This document shows, in pieces, positions 29,151 to 45,956 of a DNA stretch of 64,000 bases. Source of the stretch: Eledone cirrhosa. Taxonomy: Eukaryota. Under the pieces are notes generated by a model that was given only the letters and a program-made list of their open reading frames with translations, was not told where the DNA came from and searched no databases. Numbering within the stretch: position 1 is the stretch's first letter; every line of letters begins with the position of its first letter. A program made the translations under genes and the position numbers. The DNA is taken from contig OZ024743.1 in assembly GCA_964016885.1 (NCBI GenBank), positions 343,294,001-343,358,000 on the forward strand, given 5' to 3'.

Positions 29151-31879
29151 ATAGCGCTTAATCACCGTTAAACTTTTGCAATAATAGCACTTCACTTCTT
29201 CAATCCACATAACAACAGCACAATCTTATTTTTTGTCTTTTTCCCTTTTAAAAAAAAACAAAAAAACAAAAAAACAAAAAAACAAAAAAAAACAAAAACA
29301 CTCCTCCCTCTCTCTCTCTTCCTTTGAAAACTTCTACCCTGTTATTTGGTGGAGGGAGGAGGTTCACTTTTTTAAATTGATGAAACAAAGCTGGTAAATT
29401 GAGGAACTGCATCTATTTCTCCAGGCATGAAGAACTAAACTATTTTAGAGTAATCTGCTGCCACTGCCAATGATGAATTTATAGATAGATGGCCTGAAGA
29501 ACTACAGATAGATATCAAAAGATCCATAGAATAGATACACAGAAAAAAAGAAAAAATATATATTTCCTTAATCATATTACTTTTATGATGGCTAAGATGT
29601 ATATTGGACAGTATTATATAAAAAAAAAATACAAACTACCATTGACAAAAACACTGCCTGATACTAATGTTGCAACAGCAACAGCAACAGTAGTAGTAGT
29701 AGTAGTACTGCCACCACTACTACAGTAATGAATTCATCCAATAAACATGTAGAAGGATCAGTGACAATGTCACCTCAAGAGAAGATGATGATGTTAACAA
29801 AGAAGTCAATACAAATGTTACTATCACCACAACCACTAATACTACTACCAATACTGCCACTTCCATCACCAATAATTGTTTCTACTTTTGACACAAGGCC
29901 AGCAATTACCCTAGTGCATTACTGGTGCTTTATTTTATTGACCGACCCCATAAGGATGAAAGGCAAAGTTAATCTCGGTGAGATTTGAACTCAGAACGTA
30001 AAGGGCCATAACTGTATCCGACTTCTGATACTGCCAATCCACTGCCCTTCATCAATCATGACTTCTATCATCAATAATGATAATGACAAATGCAGAGAAA
30101 ACATTAAATGTAATTGTTTCAACTTAAAGGACTATAAATAGTTGAGAAAATAAGATAAGTACATACCCCTGGGCACAGTAAAAAGTGGAAAGAGGCCACA
30201 CTGTTTTCCATCTCCACTAGGTAATTTACAAGTTAAGGGCCAAAATGCTTGCATGAAGGAGGGAGAGAGTCTCTTCTTTGAAGACCTGCTGTCCAGCTCT
30301 CTTGAGAGTTTCTTACCACTCTTGGGACAATCAGATTTTTTTTTTTTAAACTACCAAAAGAATAGTATTAATAACACTGCCACCACAATCACCACCATCA
30401 CCACAATCAATACTGCCAGCATACACAACACCATCACTGCCAACACCACTAATATTACTGCCACTAAAACTATTAACACTACCATCTCACCACCACAATT
30501 ATCACTGCCACCACATAAACACCATCATCACAACAAACACAGCTGCCACCATCCCCACTACTATCACAACAACCACAACCACTGCCAAGAAAGGTCAAAG
30601 AGCACACAGATAAGGAAAGTTGTAAAAAAACCTACTTGAAGGGAGTGTGGCTCAGATAATTTAACCCTTTCATTCTATTAATATATGACCGCCCATTTCC
30701 AAAGGTCCCTACTAAAATTAATATTTTCCAACATAATTTGACATAATATTTTGTTAAGTTGTTACTAATACCATATTAATAATTTTAGTAAATCTCTCTA
30801 AATTCTTCATTAATTAATTAAAGTACAATGTATTTCATTAGAAATATGATACAAAACCACACCTGATTCTTATATTACAAAACTGTTTGTTTATCATCAA
30901 CATCATCATCACCACTTTTTAACATGTTTTCCTTGATAGCATGGGTTAGATGAGTTGTCACGTTGTGAAACAAGTCAGGTCAGGTGACTGTGTTTTGCTC
31001 ATAAGAAACTGTTTCTACAACTGGATGCCCTTTCTAATGATAACCACATCAGCATGGACTGGGTACATTCTATATCAGGACATCATTTGACATGGTGGAC
31101 TGGGAGCTTTTTGTCAGATCACCAGTACAACCACCTTACAGATGCTCTTTGTTACCACCAACAGGATGGACTAAGTGCTTATAGTCATGGCAGCAGCAGC
31201 ACTGTGGGAGAGCAGGTAGCGAGCATGTCCAGCTTTCCATTCTTGTATGAATGAGTTGGATGCGAGAGGTGTATCGAGGGTGTGAAAGGCAGGGCTTGGG
31301 GGAGCTGAGCGAAGTGTGTATGCAGGATAGGGATGAAGGAGGTGAGTGAGGGAGGTTTAAGGGGGAATACTTAGCTGATGCAACAGGGAGGTGAGTACTA
31401 ATATGTGGAAAGATGTATGGGAAGAAGGGTGGAAGATTGGTGCAGACTAGTAGTGTCCTCTATATATACTTTTGTATTTTTGTGTAAAGGCTTTATCTTA
31501 CATAATCTACGAGATTTTGATGTTATCTATTTTGAGAATAATACCTTAACATCAGTATGAGTGGCTGGTTATGACTAGTTTGAAGAGAAAGAGGTGAGAG
31601 AATTCTAGCCGGATATGGCCGGTTTAAATGCAAAAGGGTTAAATTATGTTTCAAATACCAGGTAAATAACAAGAAAGTTATTTATATTACTAAATCCCTC
31701 AAAATGTTTTTTTTTATTATTTTAAAATCAAAGGTAATGTCTTTCTGCAGAAATGTAGTAAGGAAAGGGTTAAGGCCTTCTAAAAGCAAATGGCAGCAGT
31801 AACAAGCCACAGCAGTATCATCATCATCATCACGATCTGTATTTTTCCATGCTAGAATGAGTTAGACAAGACTTTTTAA

Positions 31880-32084
31880 CCCTTTAGTATTTACATTATT
31901 CTATAGTTACTATTGTATTTTCATGGTAAAGGCTTTAACTCACATAATATCGAATCTATGAAATTTTGGTATTTATTTTGAGAACAATACCTTAACATAA
32001 GTATAAGTAGCCAGTTACAGCTGGTTTGAACAGAAAGAGGTGAGAGAATTCTCGCCGGATACAGTCGATTTAAATGCTAAAGGG
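31880..32084. mobile_element. piggyBac-type MITE
   Basis: TTAA on both sides; TIR ccctttagtattta / taaatgctaaaggg (13 of 14). Partial second copy at about 31470-31638. Confidence 0.82.
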
Positions 32085-32635
32085 TTAAAGCAGTATTTTA
32101 TAGCTGGATGCCCTTGCTGACACCCATCTACAATTGCTTTTCTTTTAAGTAAGGTACTGGTCTTTGTATGGTGAACTGCTGAGCAGAATATAAACAAATG
32201 CCACCATTTGCGAAAGCACTTAAAATCTAAAACAAAGGCAAAGAGATAAACACACACACAGAATGGGCTTCTGTAAAGTCTCCATCTTCCAGATTCCCAG
32301 ATAAAGCATTAGTGATCCTAAAGCTACAGCAGAAGTGTCATGCAATAGGATAGAACATGAAACCATGTGGTTGCAAAGCAAACTTTTTTAACCACACAGC
32401 CATGCCAGTAAAGTAACATTTTTTTTTTTTATTAGTACAGAGAATATTGCAGTTGTTGATCTGGTTTAAACATGTAGACATGCAGCTATTAACATCACAG
32501 CACAAGGCCAGTGTAACTAATAAACTTAGGATGGCCACCACATAGATGCCTCCTATAATATAGCAATAATTCAGCTATTAAACAGCAGAAGAAACACATT
32601 CCATGTAAGAGATATTGCTACATGTAATCCAATAT

Positions 32636-33666
32636 CTATATATATGAAAAAAGTGCAGGGCAATAAAGATAGACGGTAGCCACGGAGTAGGCAGACCCAG
32701 AAAAACCTGGGACGACCTGATAAATTCCGACCTCACACACTTACACCTCTCCAAGACAATGTCACTGGACCGAGACCTTTGGCGGTTCTCAGTAATAGAG
32801 AAGACCCGCCTTGCCTAAATACAAAGTAAACCTACTACAGTCAGTAGGCATCTCTAACAAAATACGCCCCCGTCACACCACCACCACCACCCCATCCACA
32901 CCGCCCCTTTCAATGTAAAGTTACGTTGGTGCCACAACATCCAGGCCGAAACAAATGAGATCGTGTAGGTGTCACGACAAAAAAACACACAGTCCACGCT
33001 GTAATGTGGCCGTGTAGGCAACACGGTAAAAACCTCCCAGTCCCACACTGTAAATGTGGTTGGTGTTAGGAAGGGCATCCAGCCGTAGAAAACCCGCCAG
33101 ACAGTCCTATGCGAGCAAGACAACCACTCTTGCCTCAAGTGGGAAAACTCCCGTCCAAACCCATGCAAGCGTGGAACATGGACGTTAAACGATGATGATA
33201 TAAAACTGAGGATGTATGTCTGTGTGTGTGAGTTTGAATCCCTAAAACTCGAGAAGTACCCAACTGATTTTTTTCAAACTTTACATGTGTATTACTTATG
33301 TTTCAGGGAGTGTTATGCACATAAAAAAATTTGATCCCCTAGGGCCCGCATTAGGTGAAAAACTTCATTTTTTCAGCTTTTTAAGGCTTTTTTGAGGCGT
33401 TACGTCTAGTCAATTTTCCCGAAATTTCAAGGCATATTATGCACATAAAAAAATTCATTTTCTTGATCCCCTTGGGCCCGCATTAGGTGAAAACCTGCAT
33501 TTTTCCTGCTTCATCGAGGAAAATCTTAAAGATTATCCAGCCATCAGAGTATTCAGATTATTTTCTTTACATATTGTCCAGGCATGCAGTTTTTCCGCGA
33601 TTAGGTCTGTTGACAGCCCGCATTCCAAAATACCTTATCCCATGCAACGCTGGGTACCACTGCTAG
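32636..33666 (+). mobile_element. Non-autonomous Helitron, copy 2 (body 33197-33666)
   Basis: High similarity to 5264-5739; ends gggtaccactgCTAG followed by t. Confidence 0.85.
32646..33198 (+). mobile_element. RTE LINE 3' end inserted in a Helitron 5' terminus
   Basis: Near-identical to 8048-8604; bracketed by tctatatata (left) and atataaaactgaggatg (right). Confidence 0.9.
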
Positions 33667-34777
33667 TAGAATATATAGAAACACATTTATCAACAAATAT
33701 ATTGGATGTAGAAATATGCATAACAAAATCTCGCCCTTTGCTATCATTATCATCATCATTTTTCTGTACTTGTTTGGATTAGACAAAGAGCAGAGCTTAT
33801 CTCCTTTTCATGTTAAACAACAGAGTACAAGACTCACTCCACCCATCCTGGATGGGAACCAATTCACTGAAAGGTTAACTCCAGCTGTTGCTGCTGGTAC
33901 AGATTTTAACTTGTGTGAACTGAAACATTGTTAAATGAAGTACCTTGCTCAAGGACACAAATTGTCCTCTGGAATTGAACCCACAACCCAAAGCCACACA
34001 TATTTACTGTCATTTTTTCTACTGACAGGATAATAGTAACAAGAAAGTCAAGTGATTCGTTATGTATATTCATGAAGAGGTTACACCCTTCATTCTGTTG
34101 TGACCCAGAAATCATACATATAAAACTACTAAACATAATGGCTTCTGATTTACGCAGAAGGCCAGTGATTGGAGGGATGGAAAAGTTGATTATATCAACC
34201 CCAGTACTTGGCTCGTACTTATTTTTTCAGCCCCAGAAGGATGAAAGGCAAAATTAACCGTGACAGGATTTGAATATAGAAAATTAAAGAGCCATAACTA
34301 AATGAGATAAAGTGTTTTGTCCAATGCTCTAACACTTCTGTCAATCAATCGCTCTAAAGTTATTAAACATAATGATGTATAAAATATATTGCCATTTAGA
34401 TGCTTCAAATATACAATATTTGAGAAATTTGAAAAAAATAAACTAAAATGTGAATCACCGTACCAATGAATTCTTTGTTATTGTTTTTACTGTATAATCA
34501 AGAATACCTGTAACCATTTCCAACGCTTCCGTGACTGGTGAGAGGTGGTGAAAGGGAAGAAGGTATACTTAAATTAGAGTCCTGGTCTAAATGCTTGTAC
34601 CAATGGGTCGAGTGGAGGTTTTGAACTGCCATCCAAGTAGGTCACACAGATTTGAACCCATAATACAAAGGACCAAAGTTAATACAGCAAATCATTTTGT
34701 CTGATACTTTAACAACTCCCCCAATCCACTGTCCTGGACTTGTACTTTATTTTATCAACCATGAAAGAATGAAAAGC

Positions 34778-35950
34778 AAACTATGGGCACACAAGAAATG
34801 TAGTGCAATCACAGGCAGACTATCAAAGAACATAGGTTTTATATGTGGCCAATGCACAGGTGCAGTAAGTAGCAAGAGCCTACAGAATACTAGCTTCCTC
34901 AAATGCCCAGAGGACTCTGTAGAAACAGTCGACAGTTTCTGTTTCCTGGGTGACCAAATTAGCAGTGGAGGTAGATGATCCAAAAGTATAGTAGCCAGAG
35001 TGAAAATGGGATGGAAAAAGTTTAGGGAGCTACTACCACTGCTAGCTACAAAAGGTTTTCCCCTCAAAATGAAGGGCAGATTGTATGATGCATGTATAAG
35101 AACAGCAATGTTACATGGTAGTGAGACTTGGGCAGTATATACAGAGGACCTTCAAAGATTGGAAAGAAATGAAGCATGCGTGCCCCCAATGAATGTGTAA
35201 TAGTGATATACACAAAAAGCAAAGCGTAAATGAACTAAGAGAGAAATTAGGCATAAAAGGGATCAGATGCAGTGTGATGGAGAGGAGATTGAGTTGGTAT
35301 GACTATGTGATGGGTATGACGGCTGACAACTGTACAATAAGGTGCAGGGCGATCAAAGTTGATGAAAGCTATGGAATAGGAAGACCTAAGAAGGCCTGGG
35401 ATGAGGTGATAAAAGCTGACCTTGCACAATTTCACCGCTCAAAGGCAACGACACATAATTGAGATTCTTTATGTAGTAATACAGAAGACCTACCTTCTCA
35501 CACTCATGGGATGAGGGCATGCATTCTAGTATGCACCACTTAACCCCTATCTCCCCACCCCTTCAAACACCTCCCATGTCCTAACACTCCACCGACGTCC
35601 TGACACACCCACATCTTTACACTATCCCCAACCTCATCCCAGCCCCAGTCCAGACTGCAAGGTGATTGTTTTGGTGCCACGACAAAAAGCACCCAGTCCA
35701 CACTGTAAAGTGGTTGTGTTGGTATCACAATAAAAAGCACCCAACCCACACCATAAATTAGTCGTTATGGTGCCTTGATGAAAAGCAGCCAGTCCACACT
35801 GTAAATGTGGCTGGCATTAGGAAGGGCATCCAGCTGTAGAAACCAAGCCAGAAACAGTTCTGTATGAGCAACATGGTCTTGTGGCTTGCCTCAAATCGGA
35901 CAATACGTCTAACTCATGCTAGCATGGAAAATAGATGTTAAACAATAATG
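34778..35950 (+). pseudogene. Older RTE LINE 3' part with tandem-unit 3' UTR
   Basis: [32 protein letters not shown] and GRPKKAW in three broken ORFs. Confidence 0.88.
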
Positions 35951-36093
35951 ATTATATATACACACATACATATACACATACATACATACATACATATATA
36001 TATATATACACACACATACATATACACATACATATATACATACATATACACATACACACATACATATATATATATATACACATACACACATAC

Positions 36094-36128
<35 letters not shown>

Positions 36129-36175
36129 TACATACACATACACACACACATACATATATATTTACACATACACGC

Positions 36176-36213
<38 letters not shown>

Positions 36214-36819
36214 AAATGTGTGTAATCCTTGGTACAGTTAGGTATATTAAGACAGGAGGGAAGAAAAAATGGCTTCACTTGTGCTTTCAACAAATTTATT
36301 TTCTTCACAAGATCCAAAAAGAATTTTTTTCTGGATTAGAAAAAAAATTTTTTCTTAAAAAAAATTATTTTATAAATTAAGTTGTTGGTTAGGTCTTAGG
36401 AGTTCTTGGTTAACGTAGGAGGTCTTGTTTCGTTTTTAGAACGACCTTTCACGCTGAGGTGCGCTTGTCAAACTGATGTGTATGTGGTGTGTTGTTCTAT
36501 ATATAGGGATTTAACATGTCTGTGGTGTGGTGGGGGGTTTTTTTCCTCCCCCTTTAATAAGTGTATGGGTGTAGGTGTGTTGAAAAGTGTTAATAGCAGT
36601 AATGAGTTGAGACGGTGAGTAGGGTTGGGTGGGGAGAAATGTAGCAAGTGCGGCCTGCCCCGGTCATTCTCGAAAAATTCCTTTATTCAGGGGAAAAAGC
36701 TTTTAGTATTCCTTTGTGTTGAGAATGGTCACAGGCAAATTGCACCTGCCAAGTTTGTAAACAATTATTTTTTTCTAAAGAATTTTTCTACGTCCATCCC
36801 AAAATTAGTCCTTTGTTCA

Positions 36820-37081
36820 ACACACACATATGTGCGCATATACGTACATACACACACGGGCATATGTAGGAATATATAGGCACACACCATCAATCACACA
36901 CCCATGTACATATACATCCACATACATACACAAAAACATACAAAGACATATAAAAACACATATACACATACATACACACACGAATATGTACTCATACCTC
37001 CACATGGGTATATATATATATACATACATATACACACAAAGATACATAACTAAATATACATATATACACATACACACACGT

Positions 37082-37118
<37 letters not shown>

Positions 37119-37459
37119 TATGTCCGTATATATACCTCCGTTCACACACATGCATACACATACACACATACATATATATAGAGAGAGAGGCATACACACA
37201 CACACATACATATATATACATACATAGATATATACATATATGTACACAAACACATACAGACACATACACACATATACATACACACATATATATATACACA
37301 TATATATATATATATACACATATATATATATATATACACATATATATATATATATATATACACATATATATATATATACACATATATATATATATACACA
37401 TATATATATATACACACATATATATATATACACACATATATATATATATATATACACAC

Positions 37460-37492
<33 letters not shown>

Positions 37493-37787
37493 TATATATA
37501 TATATACACACATATATATATATATATACACACATATATATATATATATATACACACATATATATATATATATATACACATATATATATATATATACACA
37601 TATATATATATATATATACACACATATATATATATATATACACACATATATATATATATATATACACACATATATATATATATACACATATATATATATA
37701 CACATATATATATATATATATACACATATATATATATATATATACACACATATATATATATATATACACACATATATATATATATAT

Positions 37788-37834
<47 letters not shown>

Positions 37835-37873
37835 TATATATATATATACACACATATATATATATATACACAC

Positions 37874-37906
<33 letters not shown>

Positions 37907-38073
37907 TATATATATATATACACACATATATATATATATATACACACATATATATATATATATACACACATATATATATATATATACACACATATATATA
38001 TATATATACACACATATATATATATATATACACACATATATATATATATATACACACATATATATATATATAT

Positions 38074-38118
<45 letters not shown>

Positions 38119-38407
38119 TATATACACATATATATATATATATATATACACATATATATACACATATATATATATATATACATACATATATTTATATATA
38201 CATACATACATACATACATACATATACATACATATACATACATATATATATATACATACATACACACACACATATATACACATACATATACATATATATA
38301 TACATACATACATACACATATATACACATACATACACATATATACACATACATACACACATACATATATACACATACATATACATACATATATATATATA
38401 TATACAT

Positions 38408-38439
<32 letters not shown>

Positions 38440-38809
38440 GTGTGTACACACAAGCACATAAAGACACATATATACATACACATATATATATATACATATA
38501 TATACATACATACATACATATACACATACATATATATACACATACATACATATACATATATATACACACATACACATATATATACACACATACACACATA
38601 TATATAAACACACACACACATATATATAAACACACACACAAACATACACACATCCATACATATATATATACACACCCACATACATATATACCCACACGTA
38701 CATACATCCATACATACCTACACACATATATGTGTGTGTCTATATACACATACATACACACATACATATATACACATACATATACATACATATATATATA
38801 TATATACAT

Positions 38810-38849
<40 letters not shown>

Positions 38850-39120
38850 ACACACAAGCACATAAAGACACATATATACATACACATATATATATATACA
38901 TATATATACATACATACATACATATACACATACATATATATACACATACATACATATACATATATATACACACATACACATATATATACACACATACACA
39001 CATATATATAAACACACACACAAACATACACACATCCATACATATATATATACACACCCACATACATATATACCCACACGTACATACATCCATACATACC
39101 TACACACATATATGTGTGTG
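36820..39120. repeat. Compound (TA)n/(CA)n array with an internal ~400-bp tandem duplication
   Basis: Marker gtgtacacacaagcacataaagac at about 38442 and 38846; tacccacacgtacatacatccatacataccta at about 38689 and 39071. Confidence 0.92.
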
Positions 39121-39181
39121 TCTCACCGTTCACTCAGATATTCATGTGTACACATAAGAAGGGGGGTAGTGAAATGGAATT

Positions 39182-40790
39182 TTACCTCCAAGTGTTAATC
39201 CATTTTTTCGTGTTCAGTAGTGGCTTAAATTTTTCAATGAAGAATTCTTCATTATATCTGCGGAAATGTTCGTTATCCGACCATATCTTGAAGAAAGGGA
39301 AGATTGTGAATTTTCCCTTCCCGCATGATGCAAAGTGTGCGCTACATGTGGTATTTCTGACTGTGGGGTCTTTAATTTGTTGTTTATGTACCCGGACTCT
39401 ATCATGTAATCCCGTTCCGGTTTCCCCAATGTAATACTCTTTACACTGTGGACATGTTGCGCAATATATTAGGTTTTTCGTTTTGCAGTTCATGTTTGCA
39501 TTGACCTTAAAATTATCATGGTTTTTGAAGGACAACTGTTTGCCCTCTTCGACGAGTTCACAGGTTCCACATCTAGGGTCCCCGCATTTCGTCACTTGCA
39601 TTGATTCCATGTTGGTCGTAAATTTTGCCTTGGTAATTAGTTTTTTACGGTTGGGTGCTTGGCGTCTGCTATAAATTATCTGTGTGTTTTTTAAGAGTGC
39701 ATTCATTTTGGTAGATTGCTGTAGAATCGGGAGATACTGCTTAGCAGTTTTCACAATGTTGATGTTCCCTGGGTTGTGAGTGATGACAAAAGAGATAGCA
39801 GGGTTTTCTTTTTTATGTTGTGGGTTTGGTTTTTTCAGTGTTGTTATTGGGATGTTCTTAGCCTTGGAGATGGCTGCGTTGATGGCTGACCGGAAATTTA
39901 AGTATTGGTGTGTGTCAGTGGGTTTGCAAAATAGGTCCGTTATGATATTTTCCCCTTCTTTAATGATGAGGATATCTAGAAAGGGAAGTTCCTTTTCGTT
40001 ACATTCCATACTGAATTGTATAGCTTCATGAAGCTTGTTTAAGATCGAATAAAATTTTTGTAGGTCTGTTTGGCTTCTGTTCCAGAAGATGAAGCAGTCA
40101 TCTAGGTAATGTTTCCAGTTTTTATTAATGTAGAAGGCAAAGTCGTGACTGAATGTTATCTGTAGTTGGGAATATAATTTTGCCTCTAAGTGACCCATAA
40201 CGAGCGTTGCATATGTAGGGGCCACTTTGGTACCCATGGCTGTTCCTTTTATTTGTAGATAAAGTTCGTTGTCAAAGAGGAAGTGGTTGTTTTCCAATAC
40301 TAATTTAAGTCCTTCCAAGATGAATTCTTTGGGGAATCTTTCTGAAATGTGACTTGAGTGTTTTGTAATCCAGAAGACCACAGCTTCAATCCCTAGGTCG
40401 TGTGGGATGTTAGTGTACAGGCTTATTACATCAAAACTGACTAGGATTGTATCCTGGTGTACTTTTTGGGGGATATAGTTAAGGAATTCCATATCATCTC
40501 TGGTGTAGCTTGGAACTTTTTTACATAGGGGTTTGAGTATGATGTCTAATAGGTTGCTTAGACGTTGTGTGCTTGAGGCTGGGCCAACAATAATGGGGCG
40601 TAATTTTAAGTCTGTCGGTTTTGGTGCTTCGATGTATGATGTATTTTTCCCTTTTATGTTGTTTTGGATTTCTATGGATTTGTGAATTTTTGGTAATCCA
40701 TAGAAATTGCTGGTTTTCATTTCGAAGTTGGTTAGGTAATCTACTTCTTTTGGTGTTAGGTTGTTTTGGTACTTTGTTGTTAGTTTGCCT
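39182..40790 (-). CDS. PLE reverse transcriptase + GIY-YIG endonuclease (open frame, N-truncated)
   Basis: [49 protein letters not shown], Cys-rich linker, [20 protein letters not shown]. The first ~98 aa of the listed ORF are microsatellite. Confidence 0.93.
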
Positions 40791-40924
40791 ATATATATAT
40801 ATACACACATATATACATATATATACATATATATATATACACACATACATACATATACACATACATACATATACACGTACATATACACATACATATACAT
40901 ATATATATACACACACATACATAT

Positions 40925-40973
<49 letters not shown>

Positions 40974-40980
40974 GACATAT

Positions 40981-41025
<45 letters not shown>

Positions 41026-41833
41026 TACATATACACACATACATATATATATACACATACATATATATATACACATACATATACATAATCCATGCTAGCG
41101 TGGAAAATGGACGTTAAACGAAGATTATATATATACACATATATATATATATATATACACATACATATATATATATACATATACACATACATATATATAT
41201 ACATATACACATACATATATATATACATATACACATACATATATATATACATATACACATACATATACATATACACATACATATACATATACACATACAT
41301 ATACATATACACATACATATATATATACATATACATATATATATACATATACACATACATATATATATACATATACACATACATATATATATATATATAC
41401 ATATACACATACATATATATATACATATACACATACATATATATATACATATACACATACATATATATATACATATACACATACATATATATATACATAT
41501 ACACATACATATATATATACATATACACATATATATATATACATATACACATATATATATATACACATATACACATATATATATATACATATACACATAT
41601 ATATATATACATATACACATATATACATATACATATACACATATATATACATATACACATACATATATATATACATATACACATATATATATATACATAT
41701 ACACATATATACATATACATATACACATATATATACATATACACATACATATATATATACATATACACATACATATATATATACATATACACATACATAT
41801 ATATATACATATACACATACATATATATATATA

Positions 41834-42108
41834 CCGGGTGATGTGTTGTTTCCTTGAGCAAGACACTTTATTTCACATTGCTCCAGTTTACTCAGCTGTA
41901 GAAATGAGATGATAGGGACTGGGGTCCCTATCATTCCACTGTAAAGTGGTCGTGGAGGTGCCACGGCAAAAAAAGCACCCAGCACTCACTGTAAATGAGG
42001 TTGGTGTTAGGAAGGGCATCCAGCTGTAGAAATCAAGCCAGAATCAATTCCCGTCCCACCCTTGCAAGCAGGGAAAAGCGGACGTAAAATGATGATGATG
42101 ATGATGAT
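41834..42108 (+). mobile_element. SINE family A, 5'-truncated
   Basis: Starts after the B box; CORE-like segment, RTE tail, (gat)n. Confidence 0.88.
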
Positions 42109-42182
42109 ATATATACATATATATATACATATACACATACATATATACATACATACATACATATACATATATATATACACAT

Positions 42183-42219
<37 letters not shown>

Positions 42220-44745
42220 CATATATATATATACACATACATATATATATATACACATACATATATATATATACACATATATATAAATATACACATACAT
42301 ATATATATATATATATAAACATATACACATACATATATATATATATATATAAACATATACACATACATATATATATATATATATAAACATATACACATAC
42401 ATATATATATATATAAACATATACACATACATATATATACATATACACATACATATATATATATATACATATACACATACATATATATATATATATACAT
42501 ATACACATACATATATATATATATATACATATACACATACATATATATATATATATACATATACACATACATATATATATATATATACATATACACATAC
42601 ATATATATATATATATACATATACACATACATATATATATATATATACATATACACATACATATATATATATATATACATATACACATACATATATATAT
42701 ATATATACATATAAACATACATATATATATATATATACATATAAACATACATATATATATATATACATATACACATACATATATATATATATATATACAT
42801 ATACACATACATATATATATATATACATATACACATACATATATATATACATATACATATACACATATATATATATACATATACACATATATATATATAT
42901 ACATATACACATATATATATATATACATATACACATACATATATATATATACATATACACATACATATATATATATACATATACACATACATATATATAT
43001 ATACATATACACATACATATATATATATACATATACACATACATATATACATATACACATATATATATATATACATATACACATATATATATATATACAT
43101 ATACACATACATATATATATATACATATACACATACATATATATATATACATATACACATACATATATATATATACATATACACATACATATATATATAT
43201 ACATATACACATATATATATATATACATATACACATATATATATATATACATATACACATATATATATATATACATATACACATATATATATATATACAT
43301 ATACACATATATATATATATACATATACACATATATATATATATACATATACACATATATATATATATACATATACACATATATATATATATACATATAC
43401 ACATACATATATATATATATATACACATACATATATATATATATATACATATACACATATATATATATATACATATACACATATATATATATATACATAT
43501 ACACATATATATATATACATATACACATACATATATATATACATATACACATACATATATATATATATATACACATACATATACATATACATATACATAT
43601 ACACATACATATATATATACATATACACATACATATATATATATATATACACATACATATATATATACATATACACATACATATATATATATATATATAC
43701 ATATACACATATATATATATATATATACATATACACATACATATATATATACATATACACATACATATATATATATATATACATATACACATACATATAT
43801 ATATATATATACACATACATATATATATATATATACATATACACATACATATATATATACATATACACATACATATATATATATATATACATATACACAT
43901 ACATATATATATACATATACACATACATATATATATATACATATACACATACATATATATATACATATACACATACATATATATATATACATATACACAT
44001 ACATATATATATATATATACATATACACATACATATATATATATATACATATACACATACATATATATATATATATACATATACACATACATATATATAT
44101 ATACATATACACATACATATATATATATACATATACACATACATATATATATATACACATACATATATATATATACATACATATACACATACATATATAT
44201 ATATATATACATACATATACACATACATATATATATATATATACATACATATACACATACATATATATATATATATACATACATATACACATACATATAT
44301 ATATAATATATATACATACATATACACATACATATATATATATATATACATACATATACACATACATATATATATATATACATACATATACACATACATA
44401 TATATATATATACATACATATACACATACATATATATATATATATACATACATATACACATACATATATATATATATATACATATACACATACATATATA
44501 TATATATATATACATATACACATACATATATATATATATATATACATATACACATACATATATATATATATATACATATACACATACATATATATATACA
44601 TATACACATACATATATATATACATATACACATACATATATATATATATATACATATACACATACATACATATATATATATATATACATATACACATACA
44701 TACATATATATATATATATACATATACACATACATATATATATAT

Positions 44746-44776
<31 letters not shown>

Positions 44777-44929
44777 CATATATACATATACATATACACA
44801 TATATATATATATACATATACATATACACATATATATATATATACATATACACATACATATATATATACATATACACATACATATATATATACATATACA
44901 CATACATATATATATATATATACACATAC

Positions 44930-44961
<32 letters not shown>

Positions 44962-45875
44962 ATATATATACATATACACATACATATATATATATATACA
45001 TATACACATATATATATATATACATATACACATATATATATATATACATATACACATATATATATATATACATATACACATACATATATATATACATATA
45101 CACATACATATATATATACATATACACATACATATATATATACATATACACATACATATATATATACATATACATATATATATATATACATATACACATA
45201 CATATATATATACATATACACATACATATATATATACATATACATATATATATATATACATATACACATACATATATATATATATACACATACATATATA
45301 TATACATATACACATATATATATATATATATACATATACACATATATATATATATATACATATACACATACATATATATATATATACACATACATATATA
45401 TATACATATACACATACATATATATATATATACACATACATATATATATACATATACATATATATATATATATACATATACACATACATATATATACATA
45501 TACACATACATATATATATATATACACATACATATATATATATATACATATACATATATATATATATATACATATACACATACATATATATATATATACA
45601 TATACACATACATATATATATACATATACACATACATATATATATATATACATATACACATACATATATATATATATATACACATACATATACACATACA
45701 CATACATATACACATACATATATATATATATACATATACACATACATATATATATACATATACATATACATATATATACATATACATATATATACATATA
45801 CACATACATATACATATATATATATATAATATATACATATACACATACATATATATATACATATACACATACATA

Positions 45876-45913
<38 letters not shown>

Positions 45914-45956
45914 TATATATATATACATATACACATACATATATATATATATACAT

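Larger units (their letters stand above)
36210..40790 (-). mobile_element. 5'-truncated Penelope-like element with a 2.3-kb microsatellite expansion in its 3' region
   Basis: ORF at 39182-40790, array at 36820-39120, then unique 3' sequence 36815-36210 ending at (TA)n; terminus matches 5770-5850. Confidence 0.75.

Noticed and set aside
30253-30639. 128-aa Thr/His-rich ORF
   Set aside because: Degenerate (CAC/CAA/CAT)n repeat, low complexity.
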